In this document: piece by piece, positions 17,401-26,097 of the stretch
Layout of the letters: each line of letters begins with the position of its first letter
Numbering within the stretch: position 1 is the stretch's first letter
IMG/VR virus record: IMGVR_UViG_3300017754_002224
Span: 1-29,617 of that record
Direction: 5' to 3' (one strand)
Length of the DNA stretch: 29,617 nucleotides
From: a virus
Taxonomy: Duplodnaviria > Caudoviricetes
Program-made: the position numbers and the translations under genes
The notes under the pieces: model-generated
What the model was told of the DNA's origin: nothing
Seen by the model: only the letters and a program-made list of their open reading frames with translations
Databases searched by the model: none

Positions 17401-19418
17401 TCGTTTTCTGTGTATGTATTGTAAGGTTGAACACCGATAGTTGTATCGACAGGTAACTCAGAGTTGAATAATATACATTGACTGTCATTATTAATCTTTT
17501 GTCTGTCTGTCATACCCATCGGCATCGTATGTGAGATTACAGGTAACCTATCAAATTGGTTAAATGTATCACCACTTGAATTGGATATATAAGCCACATA
17601 AGTTTTATAATAATATGTTGCATCATATGTTTCACCAACCACATCCAAGAATGGATTGAACGCACCTAAATACCAAAACAATTTTGGTTTGGTTTTAACA
17701 CCGTTATACTGCCAGTTTACTTGGTTTCCTTGTGCTTCACTACTATTACTAACATAGTTAATACCTAATGGTAAACTAATATTGTTTGTATTGTCAGCAT
17801 CCCACTTACGAAGTAACTGTGGTCCAAATATAGTTGTAATTTCTTTTCTTTGGGATTTAAAATCCGTTGGGTTATATACTATATTCTGTCCGTATATTCT
17901 ATTGTTACTCTTTCTAAATTGTGCGTTACCCTCGTCACTATCTTCTGAATCTGAAATGAATAATTCACTTTCAATAAAGTTTAACGCAGGTTGAACTGAG
18001 AATCCTTTATCAAAACTTAGTTTATCAGTCCAATTATGAACTACACCAGTTCCAATAAAGTAATCGTAAGGTTCTATTCTAATCTTATATCCATCATCAG
18101 GATCAGGGATTAGAACTAAATTAAATTTCTTTGCAATAGATGATAATAAATCTATCTGTTTTATATTTTGGTCAATAACCAAACTAAAGTCAACGAAGTC
18201 ACCATCAACAAACGTTACACTATCACCAACTTCTTTTGGTAAGTATGATAATGATGTACCATTTGGTACTTGTGATGATTCACCATAAGCAAACGGTAAT
18301 CCAATATTACTAACAGTTAAACCTGATGTTCCATAAGGAATTACAGCATCAACAGAATAATAACCATAGGTGTAATCATCATAGTAAAATAATCTAACAT
18401 TAATATCTGAATCACAATAAACTGGAATACCTGTTCCTAACTTTGCAACCACACAAAGAACATCCCCACCTTGAGGAACAAAGAAAACCTCCACACCTTC
18501 TAATGGTAATGATTGAATTGAATAAATGGTCCAACTAAATTTAACATTATCAGATGAAAAATATCCATATAGATATAATGTTTTCATCCAAGGTGTGTTA
18601 AAAAAGTCTGAGGTTATTTGGTAACCTTGAGTCTTGAACATTAACTGTAATAAATTCCATACACTCAAACCAGGTTTTAATTGGTTGTTGTATGGTCCTT
18701 GTGTTGGTGAGTTAAGTCTATATGGTTGAACACCAGCGGCATAAGCTGCAGCTAGTGATGGGTATGAATTTAATGGACTTGTTGATGTGTATAAACGAGT
18801 TCGTTCAATAATGGTTCCACCTGAAAAGTTTACAGTATTTCCTGTAGTATATAGATAACCATTATGTACCACAGGATACATATATGGATATGGTTGTTCG
18901 TCATCGATTGTATAATTAGAATATGTAAACGCTTTGGTTACATTATCTAAATTGAATATATGGTTAAAGTTATATTGACTATCATTAAAATCTAAATCTT
19001 TTAATAAGTTGTTACCTATTGAACCATATAGTTCTGCTGGTGTGGAATATAATGTAACATCATATTCAACCGCTGAGTCCTTAACATTAATTTTATTTAA
19101 TCTTAAATAACCTGTGAAATATGGTTCATCATTAATCAATACATTACAAGGAACCCTTTTATTTGGATTGAAATATAATGACTGTGCATCTACATTAAAG
19201 AAGTTTTCGAAGAAAGCGTTATTCTTTTTAGAACCAGGTAACATCACTCCTAATGAGTAATCAGAATTTCTTTTTCCAATATCTCCTAATTCTGCAAATG
19301 ATTTTGTAACTGCAATTGGGATACTACTATATATGTCTAAAAAATCATATTGAGTTATACCAGAATTGGTATTGACATTATCTAATTGAACCCTTAATAC
19401 GGTTTGTTGTTGACTCAT
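14496..19418 (-). CDS. large tail-tip/hub protein with PT linkers and a delta-60 (DUF5122-like) beta-propeller
   Basis: N-terminal LD.....I......DI.KR.SDYS....LPGSKKNN.FF tail-protein pattern; repeats IQSDGKVVVTG / VQQDGKVVIAG / IQSTNKIILVG; three PT/TPT linkers. Confidence 0.75.
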   Translation of the reverse strand: MSQQQTVLRVQLDNVNTNSGITQYDFLDIYSSIPIAVTKSFAELGDIGKRNSDYSLGVMLPGSKKNNAFFENFFNVDAQSLYFNPNKRVPCNVLINDEPYFTGYLRLNKINVKDSAVEYDVTLYSTPAELYGSIGNNLLKDLDFNDSQYNFNHIFNLDNVTKAFTYSNYTIDDEQPYPYMYPVVHNGYLYTTGNTVNFSGGTIIERTRLYTSTSPLNSYPSLAAAYAAGVQPYRLNSPTQGPYNNQLKPGLSVWNLLQLMFKTQGYQITSDFFNTPWMKTLYLYGYFSSDNVKFSWTIYSIQSLPLEGVEVFFVPQGGDVLCVVAKLGTGIPVYCDSDINVRLFYYDDYTYGYYSVDAVIPYGTSGLTVSNIGLPFAYGESSQVPNGTSLSYLPKEVGDSVTFVDGDFVDFSLVIDQNIKQIDLLSSIAKKFNLVLIPDPDDGYKIRIEPYDYFIGTGVVHNWTDKLSFDKGFSVQPALNFIESELFISDSEDSDEGNAQFRKSNNRIYGQNIVYNPTDFKSQRKEITTIFGPQLLRKWDADNTNNISLPLGINYVSNSSEAQGNQVNWQYNGVKTKPKLFWYLGAFNPFLDVVGETYDATYYYKTYVAYISNSSGDTFNQFDRLPVISHTMPMGMTDRQKINNDSQCILFNSELPVDTTIGVQPYNTYTENDAYTSFYQGRVSNLYNPNTRVLTGYFDLNYSDIKNLQPQDLIKVNEQYFVVSKINDFNLTNRELSQVELIQFNNSPKTYTDRYFQYYYCDNPSKIYKFKTYFTEPNLLDSNFGWSIYYDHQVGNLSGQTSGFTSSFKYVQGFSTTVYTPYTMYEVDEATYNTSGIDWDSDTLHNHIYEDEIGGPFQYSMPTFWLNSGSTRQGSNLFTNCDNFYSTASTWGILTGSSTYFGVALTPTPTPTPTVTPSGNIAGLMRGSLLISYTEPNVFDRSPDLEAYVNGVQRNLIHNPIDNLYSTYIYSGDVVNILMRTSSDVNSIDVVRRDYTTDDQGGDNGIRDTFITGTTGASVADVYQLTFTATTVSTDYNFEYRVDAVTSFPPTPTPTPTLTNTPTTTTNYTLVDFTFNYPSNFASIAVVKVDVNDYIYLAGYTTGFTQQVVRLTPEGNLDATTIGSGFNETVMDLIIQSDGKVVVTGKFTSYNGTNISKRICRLNTDFTIDSTFNSGGSGFGLGSSGYEYMPIIELPFGNLAIGGRFGTYNSNTFINPTNIILLNSNGNYINHIGIVTSDILTLKNHPRGIIATARALTPTNFILVDRNLTGYTSFASVTFESTESGVSVQQDGKVVIAGRVSGDTFDKTYRFNYDGSVDTGYTTNRIGYNTTSDAECRWISQQSENSSIISGLISTVNVTNSVTNIFKVNCDGINFTKLVTLSFPSELYYQSTAIQSTNKIILVGKFNTVDGYSFPNIVRLLPGYLCPIPSPTTTPTNTTTNTVTPTNTPTNTVTPSVTPTNTVTPTNSATPTKTPTPTLTPTKTPTQTPTNTVTPSITPTNTPTGVSLKVRYVGTANSSPGLKTVSNYYVDFNGTVINGPSPTWRAGTNQNSISTQSIAGTYSAGQIVIGRSICKNSDFANLKQYRYELYKNGTLIGSSTTNLNIIIAACSATTTHSKTGPAITINIGDSIEVIWTDTFN
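14905..15140 (-). repeat. Thr/Pro-rich low-complexity linker (TPTNTVTP repeats)
   Basis: About 75 aa of TPT/TNT repeats within the 1640-aa ORF. Confidence 0.85.
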
Positions 19419-19421
19419 ATG

Positions 19422-21005
19422 TTAGAAACCTTTATTTGCAAAGAAGTTATTAGCTGTCTTCAGAGTTATTCTATACTTGTTAAGTTTTTTATGTTTTTGA
19501 GTTATATGGTCTACCTCAGTTGATAATATCTGAACTGGTGTTAAATCCTTATATAACTTATCTTGTCTATCTATTAAAGAAATGTAATCCTTTCTCATAA
19601 TATAAACTTGTGGTGATGTAAATAAACCTTCCAACCAGTTTGCTGTTTGGTTATTTAGATAATCACTTTCTAATACTATTTCTTGTTCAACATCGGTTGC
19701 AAAAGTTTTAATAGTTCTACCCATATCTCTGTCGGGACTAGACAAATCGGTAGCATAATATCTACTATCATATGTTTGTGATTTATATTTAGAAGTATCT
19801 TGTCTATAAGATGTGAACGTATAATAATCGTAACCTCCTCTATTATTCAACCAAACAATTCTTGTATCTTCAGGTCCACAGTTCGTTTCTAAATAGAAAT
19901 AGAACGCTTCAGATACAGGTCCTACAGCGTTATAAAATGTTCTTCCTGATACGTTAGTTGGGAATGAATAACATAATTGTACTCTGTAGTATGAAACAGC
20001 ATCAAAATCAATTTGTGCAAAAATGTTTGTGATGTCAGCTGGTCCACAAGGAAGACTGAATATTTGTAATGTATCAGTATATCCTGTTGGACTTTGGAAT
20101 GTAGTACCTGAAAAATTTAATTGTTGTTGAAATGTACTAATCTTTACATTCGATTCATCATAAAATTCAAATACCGCATAATCTGCTTCTATCACTTGTC
20201 TATCTCCTGATTGTCCGTTTAAATAAAATAATACATAATTATCTTCAGATTGTATATATTGAATTCTTGGTGACTCAGTTAAAAACCTACTTGTTTCTGA
20301 TTGTTCAGGAACTGTTGGGTAATCCATTAAGAATTGTCCCATTGGTGACAATCTACGATTTAAATCAACCGTATTAATTGTCATACCTGTACCTACAACT
20401 GTTCCAACTTCCTGATCAAAGTTTGGTAATATAAAATGGTCATCCAATTGGAATTGACCACCAACATAATTAAAGTGATTACCTGTATTCGTAAATCCTG
20501 ATGGAACAAATGAGGTATCGTTTTGACAAGGTACTAAGTTTGTATAATGGAAATACGGATTACCTGGTTCATTCGTATATTCTGTTACAGTTCTTCCTGA
20601 TGAGTTAACATATCTATATCCGTAATTGAAGTTTACATTAATACTATTTGGATAAGGATTATTCCAGTTGATTTGTTCTGTGGTACTATACCAATCATTT
20701 AACCAATAATATGTATAGTGTTGTGCTTTTACATAGTTGGATAAGTAATCGTAAGGTCTAATATTAAATCTATATGTGAATGTTGCACCACTTTGTGAAA
20801 CGTCATATGGAATAACAGACATACGTCCAACCTTTTCATCATTTGAAAATAAATCAACATCTAATCTCATACTCTGAACGTATGTATCTCCTGTCAGTAC
20901 GACTTCGTATGTTCCACCTCTTTGGTAGACCATATCGCTACTTCTTCTTAATTGTGTGTTACTATTTAGATTGTTACTATATAGTCTTTGGTATCCAAAT
21001 GTCAT
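19422..21005 (-). CDS. tail structural protein (distal-tail-like)
   Basis: C-terminal WLNNRGGYDYYTF...L.SDYL......L..LFTSPQVY pattern, typical of the gene preceding the large tail protein in Bacteroidota siphoviruses. Confidence 0.65.
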   Translation of the reverse strand: MTFGYQRLYSNNLNSNTQLRRSSDMVYQRGGTYEVVLTGDTYVQSMRLDVDLFSNDEKVGRMSVIPYDVSQSGATFTYRFNIRPYDYLSNYVKAQHYTYYWLNDWYSTTEQINWNNPYPNSINVNFNYGYRYVNSSGRTVTEYTNEPGNPYFHYTNLVPCQNDTSFVPSGFTNTGNHFNYVGGQFQLDDHFILPNFDQEVGTVVGTGMTINTVDLNRRLSPMGQFLMDYPTVPEQSETSRFLTESPRIQYIQSEDNYVLFYLNGQSGDRQVIEADYAVFEFYDESNVKISTFQQQLNFSGTTFQSPTGYTDTLQIFSLPCGPADITNIFAQIDFDAVSYYRVQLCYSFPTNVSGRTFYNAVGPVSEAFYFYLETNCGPEDTRIVWLNNRGGYDYYTFTSYRQDTSKYKSQTYDSRYYATDLSSPDRDMGRTIKTFATDVEQEIVLESDYLNNQTANWLEGLFTSPQVYIMRKDYISLIDRQDKLYKDLTPVQILSTEVDHITQKHKKLNKYRITLKTANNFFANKGF

Positions 21006-21526
21006 ATGCCTTCAATTGCGTTTAATAAATCTTCAAAAGCTTGGTCTCCCAATATTTGAATTATTCTTTCATTTTTCATTAACATATCAATTGATACTTC
21101 AATAAAGTTTTCTGGTTTACTTTTGAAACCAAATTTCCCTATTGACCTTGCAATTACATATGCTACACTTTTTATATTTTTATCTGTCTTTGGTAAAAAT
21201 CTTCCTGTCTTAAAATCTTTAATTCTAAAACTTTTCTTATTTCTAATCCAATCCTCAATAGCTCCGATGTTTGCCCACTTACCAGGTTTTCTTCCATTAA
21301 TTAACCAATATGCGTATGTGTTATTTAATGGTTGTCCGAAAGCCTGCAATTGGATAATTGTGATTCCTTGTTTGTCAGTTGTTGTAACAGCTTGTATACT
21401 GTTCTTCAAATTCCCTGTTGCAATTCTATTGGTTAAACCTCTACCTTTTCCGTATTGGTAAACTCTTGCTTCAAGACTTTTCTTGACAACTTCCTCAATT
21501 ATCGTTTCTACTTGGGTTAAGTCCAT
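21002..21526 (-). CDS. neck/tail-completion protein (HK97 gp10-like)
   Basis: Basic 174 aa with ATGNLKNSI, GRKPGK and AYVIARSI..FG motifs. Confidence 0.6.
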   Translation of the reverse strand: MDLTQVETIIEEVVKKSLEARVYQYGKGRGLTNRIATGNLKNSIQAVTTTDKQGITIIQLQAFGQPLNNTYAYWLINGRKPGKWANIGAIEDWIRNKKSFRIKDFKTGRFLPKTDKNIKSVAYVIARSIGKFGFKSKPENFIEVSIDMLMKNERIIQILGDQAFEDLLNAIEGI

Positions 21527-24207
21527 TATGCAGGGTTTATAATTAAGTAAGCTACAGTATCCGTGTCTGCGTTATGGTTTGATGTTATGGTAAATGTTCC
21601 ACTACCTTTTGAAGAAACAACAACAGGACCTGCATTAGGATGATTATTAGTTTGTTTGGTTAAGTATATTAAACTGTTTGCTGTAACTAAAGTATTTGAT
21701 ACAGTTGCTGAACCAGGGTTTGCACCATCTAACGCTACTGTTCCCATAGTTTTATCTGAACCTGATGCAAATAAAACATTACCTGTAACCGCTAATGAAC
21801 CAGTTATTTGTGTATTAGAAATAATATTAGTTAGACTACTTGATATTTCAGTTGTTGTTGTACCTGATAAGTTGGTAACTTTAACATAACCATCCGTATT
21901 AGAATATCTCGCACCCATTTGGGTGTAAGTTGTTAAACTTCCAGTTAAAACATTCATATCAATATATGACTGTGTTCCAATTTGGGCTGTGTCGTAGTTT
22001 GTAATTTGGAATGTATCATTTGTACCATTCAATCTAATTGCACCTAAGTTTGATGATGGATTTGTATTAAACGGATTAGTACTAAAATGTAATCTTCTTG
22101 AACTAACAGTACCATCAGCAGTTAATACTGTTGATGTATAGTTACCTGATACAAATAATGAACCTGTAATGTTTTCATCACCAATTACTCTTAATGAACC
22201 TGATACGGTTGTGTTTGAACCTGAGTCAATTAAGAAACCTGTTTTTCTTGCACCTGCACCTGTTCCTGTTCCCACAGCAAATACAACTGATTGTGCATCT
22301 TCTTGATTTGAACCTGTTGCGTTAAATCTACCAAGAAATGTTGAACCACCAAATGTACCTGCTGTATGTGATGCGGATACTGCTAAGTTATTACCATAAA
22401 TTAATGTAGAGTTTAAGTTTGCGTTTGATGAACTAACAAATGATGATGATACAACAATACTATTACCACCAATCAAGTTATTATATATTAGTCTTTGTGT
22501 GTTTGAATTTTGTGAACCTGATATATAAACGTTATGTATATTAGCACCTTGACCACCCAAGAATGTATTATTAGAAACTAATACGTTATTTAGTGCAATT
22601 GAACTACTTAAAAGGTTATTAAAAGTTATTCCTGCATTATTATAGTTTTGTGTGTAACTGATTGAACTACTAATATGATTTAATGTGACAGAACCAATAA
22701 CGTTATTTGCGTTTATTGATGGTCTTGTATTTGTTACAAAGTTTTGTGTTGATACGATAGCTCCACCTAATACTGCGTTTTGTCCTACAGTTTGTACTGA
22801 ACCACTATTACTGTTTAATCTAATAGCCCCACCTAATACTAAGTTACTTGTTATTGTAGGATGACCACCTCCTAAAGATGATGTGGTAAAGATCATTCCA
22901 ATATTTGATTGTTGACCAATAATGTTTCCAACTACTTTAGGGAATAATAATGAACCAGTGTTCATAAATATACCTGAGTTATTTCCTGCGATAATATTAT
23001 CTGAACCTGAAATATAACCTTGTACATCAGCACCCAAGCCAAAACTTGATGCTCTTAATTGTGGCATTGATACGGTATTGTTACTACCTGTAATTCTTAA
23101 AGAACCTGTGTAGTTCGCTTGGTTTGAACCTTCACCAGCTGCGTTAAGATTATCACCCCAACCTTTAATAATATTGGATTGACCACCTAATGAATTGGTT
23201 AAATATAAATCTGTATTTACTGTTGTGTTATTTGAAAACAAATCCAAACTACCACTTCTAACATCTAATGAACCTGTAACTATTGTATTACCAATAACTC
23301 TATGTACTGAACCTGATGCAGTAAGTGAACCTGTTATTTGTACAGGTGTAGTTAAACTATGATTTAAACCACCAATACTAACACCATTACTATCACCACC
23401 ATTAATAATAATTTGTGATGATGTACTATCTGAACTATCCATCACAAATTTTCTTGAACCAGCTGAACCTGAATAATATAAACGAGCAGGATTACCTCCT
23501 GATGTTCTAAAAGTAATACCAACATCATTACCAACTGTTAAAGGAGATGAACCTGATATAACAAGACTACCTGTTATATTTTGAGTTGTACCAATTGAAC
23601 CTGTTGTAATTAATCCTGTGTAATCTATAACACCACTTGTTCCTGATGAACCTGAAGTTCCATCAACACCACTTGTTCCTGACGAACCATTTATACCTGA
23701 TGTTCCACTTGAACCATCAATACCACTAGTACCTGACGTTCCTGAAGAACCTGTTCCTCCACTTGTACCTGATGTACCACTACTTCCACTTACACCACTT
23801 GTTCCTGATGAACCACTTCCACCCGAAGTACCACTAGTACCTGCACTACCACTCGTTCCTGTTGCACCACTTGAACCTGATGTACCTGACGAACCACTAA
23901 TTCCTGACGTACCACTTGTTCCATTAGAACCTGATTGACCTGAACTACCATTAGTACCACTAGTTCCTGAAGAACCAGCAACACCACTTGTACCGCTAGT
24001 ACCTGATGAACCATTAGTTATCGGAACATTGTTTATATAAAATGAACCTGAGATATTAACCTCAGTTAAACTCATTTGTAAAGGAGAGTTGTCACCATCT
24101 CCTGTTTGTATTGTTTGTAATGTATTTGTTAGACCATTTGTACTATCGGTCATTTTCAAAAGACCTTGATACGAACTACTGACAAACTGGTTAGTTAAAG
24201 AACCCAT
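21526..24207 (-). CDS. fibre protein with a Gly-X-Y (Ser/Thr) collagen-like segment
   Basis: About 43 uninterrupted G-X-Y triplets followed by G/S/N/T-rich beta regions with repeated ITGSL motifs. Confidence 0.75.
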   Translation of the reverse strand: MGSLTNQFVSSSYQGLLKMTDSTNGLTNTLQTIQTGDGDNSPLQMSLTEVNISGSFYINNVPITNGSSGTSGTSGVAGSSGTSGTNGSSGQSGSNGTSGTSGISGSSGTSGSSGATGTSGSAGTSGTSGGSGSSGTSGVSGSSGTSGTSGGTGSSGTSGTSGIDGSSGTSGINGSSGTSGVDGTSGSSGTSGVIDYTGLITTGSIGTTQNITGSLVISGSSPLTVGNDVGITFRTSGGNPARLYYSGSAGSRKFVMDSSDSTSSQIIINGGDSNGVSIGGLNHSLTTPVQITGSLTASGSVHRVIGNTIVTGSLDVRSGSLDLFSNNTTVNTDLYLTNSLGGQSNIIKGWGDNLNAAGEGSNQANYTGSLRITGSNNTVSMPQLRASSFGLGADVQGYISGSDNIIAGNNSGIFMNTGSLLFPKVVGNIIGQQSNIGMIFTTSSLGGGHPTITSNLVLGGAIRLNSNSGSVQTVGQNAVLGGAIVSTQNFVTNTRPSINANNVIGSVTLNHISSSISYTQNYNNAGITFNNLLSSSIALNNVLVSNNTFLGGQGANIHNVYISGSQNSNTQRLIYNNLIGGNSIVVSSSFVSSSNANLNSTLIYGNNLAVSASHTAGTFGGSTFLGRFNATGSNQEDAQSVVFAVGTGTGAGARKTGFLIDSGSNTTVSGSLRVIGDENITGSLFVSGNYTSTVLTADGTVSSRRLHFSTNPFNTNPSSNLGAIRLNGTNDTFQITNYDTAQIGTQSYIDMNVLTGSLTTYTQMGARYSNTDGYVKVTNLSGTTTTEISSSLTNIISNTQITGSLAVTGNVLFASGSDKTMGTVALDGANPGSATVSNTLVTANSLIYLTKQTNNHPNAGPVVVSSKGSGTFTITSNHNADTDTVAYLIINPA
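23626..24012 (-). repeat. (GTS/GSS)n collagen-like repeat without proline
   Basis: 9-nt periodic repeat; Gly at every third residue for ~129 aa. Confidence 0.9.
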
Positions 24208-24219
24208 ATATTTTTTGTT

Positions 24220-25230
24220 TTAAACGTTTTTCCATTGTTTATTTACATCTTTCCACATTTGTGAAACTTCAGCCCAAGTTAGATTAGGTAAGAAGCTTGT
24301 TATTGGTAACACACATCTGTTGTAATCAAATTTCTGTTGAATACTAACTGTTAGAGTCCATCCTGCTAAGATTGTTTCTGTTTGTTCCAACCAAGGTTCT
24401 AATGTGGCATCCCACTCAACATCGTAATCTGATAAATATGCTTTCGCATAGAAATCTTTTGCAATTTCTAATGTATCTGATAATACCTCAACCTGATTTG
24501 ATAAGTCATCTTCCAATTTATCGACAACCATTACCCTCCAAGTTATATGCATATGATTCTGACTCAATCTTGTTCTTTGTGGAACAAAATAGATACGAGG
24601 ATATAACGGTTCAACCTTTGTTTCAATATCATTGGTCAATAATGTTTCATCACCATATCCAAAACTATTAATCTGTAAATGATTATCAGCGAAAGATTTC
24701 CAATCATCTAATATTTGTTTGTAACTTGAAAAGGATTCATCTTGTGGGAATGTGAATGGTGTCATAGGTAACACACAAGAGTTATAGTCAAACGGTGCAC
24801 TCATCTTGATATGCATCGTCCAACCACCCAAGATTGTTTCAAATCTTTCGGTGAATGGATGACATTCAGGGTCCCAATCTCCCACAATTATGTTGGAAAA
24901 GAATCCCTGAGACTCAGTATATGACTGATAAAAGACGGTGAAAACATCTTGAACTATTGACAAAGTGTCTGACATCACCTCTTGTAAGTTGGAAAGGTCG
25001 TCTTCAACCTTATCCATTATTACAACAGAGAAATTGTAGTGAATATGATTCTCATTAAACTCAACTTCTGATGGAATTACGTACATTCTGGTGTACTCTG
25101 GCTCCTGTTTTGTTATAACATCGTTGGTTATTTGAGTAAAATCACCCACACCAAACGACATAATCTGTTCGTGATGGTACGCAATACTACTAAAATAGGA
25201 TATAATTTGACTGTATGTTATGTTATTCAT
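24220..25230 (-). CDS. tandem-duplicated tail-terminator-like protein
   Basis: Two homologous ~150-aa halves (SFG.GD...TND..TK.EP.Y.R...DK.EDDLSN..EV.SDTL...ETIL.GWT...FDYN.CVLP). The terminator assignment is inferred from size and context. Confidence 0.55.
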   Translation of the reverse strand: MNNITYSQIISYFSSIAYHHEQIMSFGVGDFTQITNDVITKQEPEYTRMYVIPSEVEFNENHIHYNFSVVIMDKVEDDLSNLQEVMSDTLSIVQDVFTVFYQSYTESQGFFSNIIVGDWDPECHPFTERFETILGGWTMHIKMSAPFDYNSCVLPMTPFTFPQDESFSSYKQILDDWKSFADNHLQINSFGYGDETLLTNDIETKVEPLYPRIYFVPQRTRLSQNHMHITWRVMVVDKLEDDLSNQVEVLSDTLEIAKDFYAKAYLSDYDVEWDATLEPWLEQTETILAGWTLTVSIQQKFDYNRCVLPITSFLPNLTWAEVSQMWKDVNKQWKNV

Positions 25231-25270
25231 CTACTTATAAATATAAAATCTACAGAAACGTATCCTGAAA

Positions 25271-25564
25271 TTATGATTGACGCATAGCTTTTTTCTGTAA
25301 TCGTTCTTGTTCCCTATCATATTCAATTAAAAATGATAGTTGATTAAGAACTTCTGTTATTTTCGTTTGATAGACTTGCTCGTGCTTAGTAATATCATTT
25401 CCAGTAAGTCTGTTTGTGACAAGGAACCAACCATAGACCTTTTGAAAACTATTGTCCATATTAGTTTTCTCATCATCCATAGGATTTTGATTTTCGTCCA
25501 TATCGATAGCTTCGGTATCAAAGACAGCTGGGAATAATCTAAATATCTCTTTGCGAACTTGATA
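25271..25564 (-). CDS. -1 frameshift extension (GT-like) of the tail assembly chaperone
   Basis: Open -1 frame from the T9 run: YQVRKEIFRLFPAVF...FQKVYGWF...DITKHEQV...EVLNQLSF...*. The fused product is ~272 aa. Confidence 0.65.
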   Translation of the reverse strand, partial: YQVRKEIFRLFPAVFDTEAIDMDENQNPMDDEKTNMDNSFQKVYGWFLVTNRLTGNDITKHEQVYQTKITEVLNQLSFLIEYDREQERLQKKAMRQS

Positions 25565-26088
25565 AAAAAAAACTGTGCACCTAATATGTACTTGACGTCT
25601 AATTTCTTTTTGAACAGTTCGGCTCGTTCCTCCATCGTCTTTACATCATACTTTTCAATCTTAAAATCGTGTTCAGACTTTTCCTCAACAATTGGTCTAT
25701 ACATAATTGCTGCGATGATGTGTAAGTAATCCAATACTTCTTCAGGTTTCTTTGTTGATAAAGTATCCATATCGACAAACTCAGCGTAAGTTAAATCCCT
25801 CCACTTTGGAAAGAATCCATATTGAATACCATCCAATTCAAATCTATCTACGAACTTTGGTTTCTCTTGTGGTAGTAATGACATTATATATGTTGCAATA
25901 TAATTTACCTCCTGAAAATCTGAATCCAATAGTTCTTCAACACTCGGACCACATATAGTTGATACCAACTTAGCAGCGAAGTAATCATCACTGAATAAAT
26001 CTTTTATCTTATATATCTTTGTATATAATTCGATTGATACTAAACTTGGAATTTCATATTCCTTTTCATCTATTTTAAATTTTAACAT
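25357..26088 (-). CDS. tail assembly chaperone (G-like)
   Basis: YGF.P.W..LT..EFVD.D...LH.I.AI.YRP...IEKY pattern ending in GAQFFF, encoded by CAG TTT TTT TTT. Confidence 0.7.
   Translation of the reverse strand: MLKFKIDEKEYEIPSLVSIELYTKIYKIKDLFSDDYFAAKLVSTICGPSVEELLDSDFQEVNYIATYIMSLLPQEKPKFVDRFELDGIQYGFFPKWRDLTYAEFVDMDTLSTKKPEEVLDYLHIIAAIMYRPIVEEKSEHDFKIEKYDVKTMEERAELFKKKLDVKYILGAQFFFIKFAKRYLDYSQLSLIPKLSIWTKIKILWMMRKLIWTIVFKRSMVGSLSQTDLLEMILLSTSKSIKRK
25564..25572 (-). other. slippery sequence (T9) for programmed -1 frameshift
   Basis: G TTT TTT TTT ATC on the coding strand connects the 0 and -1 open frames. Confidence 0.65.
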
Positions 26089-26097
26089 AATCTTTTT

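Noticed and set aside
13447-24207. Diversity-generating retroelement or invertase shufflon acting on tail genes
   Set aside because: No reverse transcriptase, recombinase, or TR/VR pair with adenine-specific differences was seen in this window.
25236-25243. T4-type late promoter TATAAATA
   Set aside because: It lies on the non-coding strand relative to the adjacent gene. Better explained as the reverse complement of the ATATTTAT motif.
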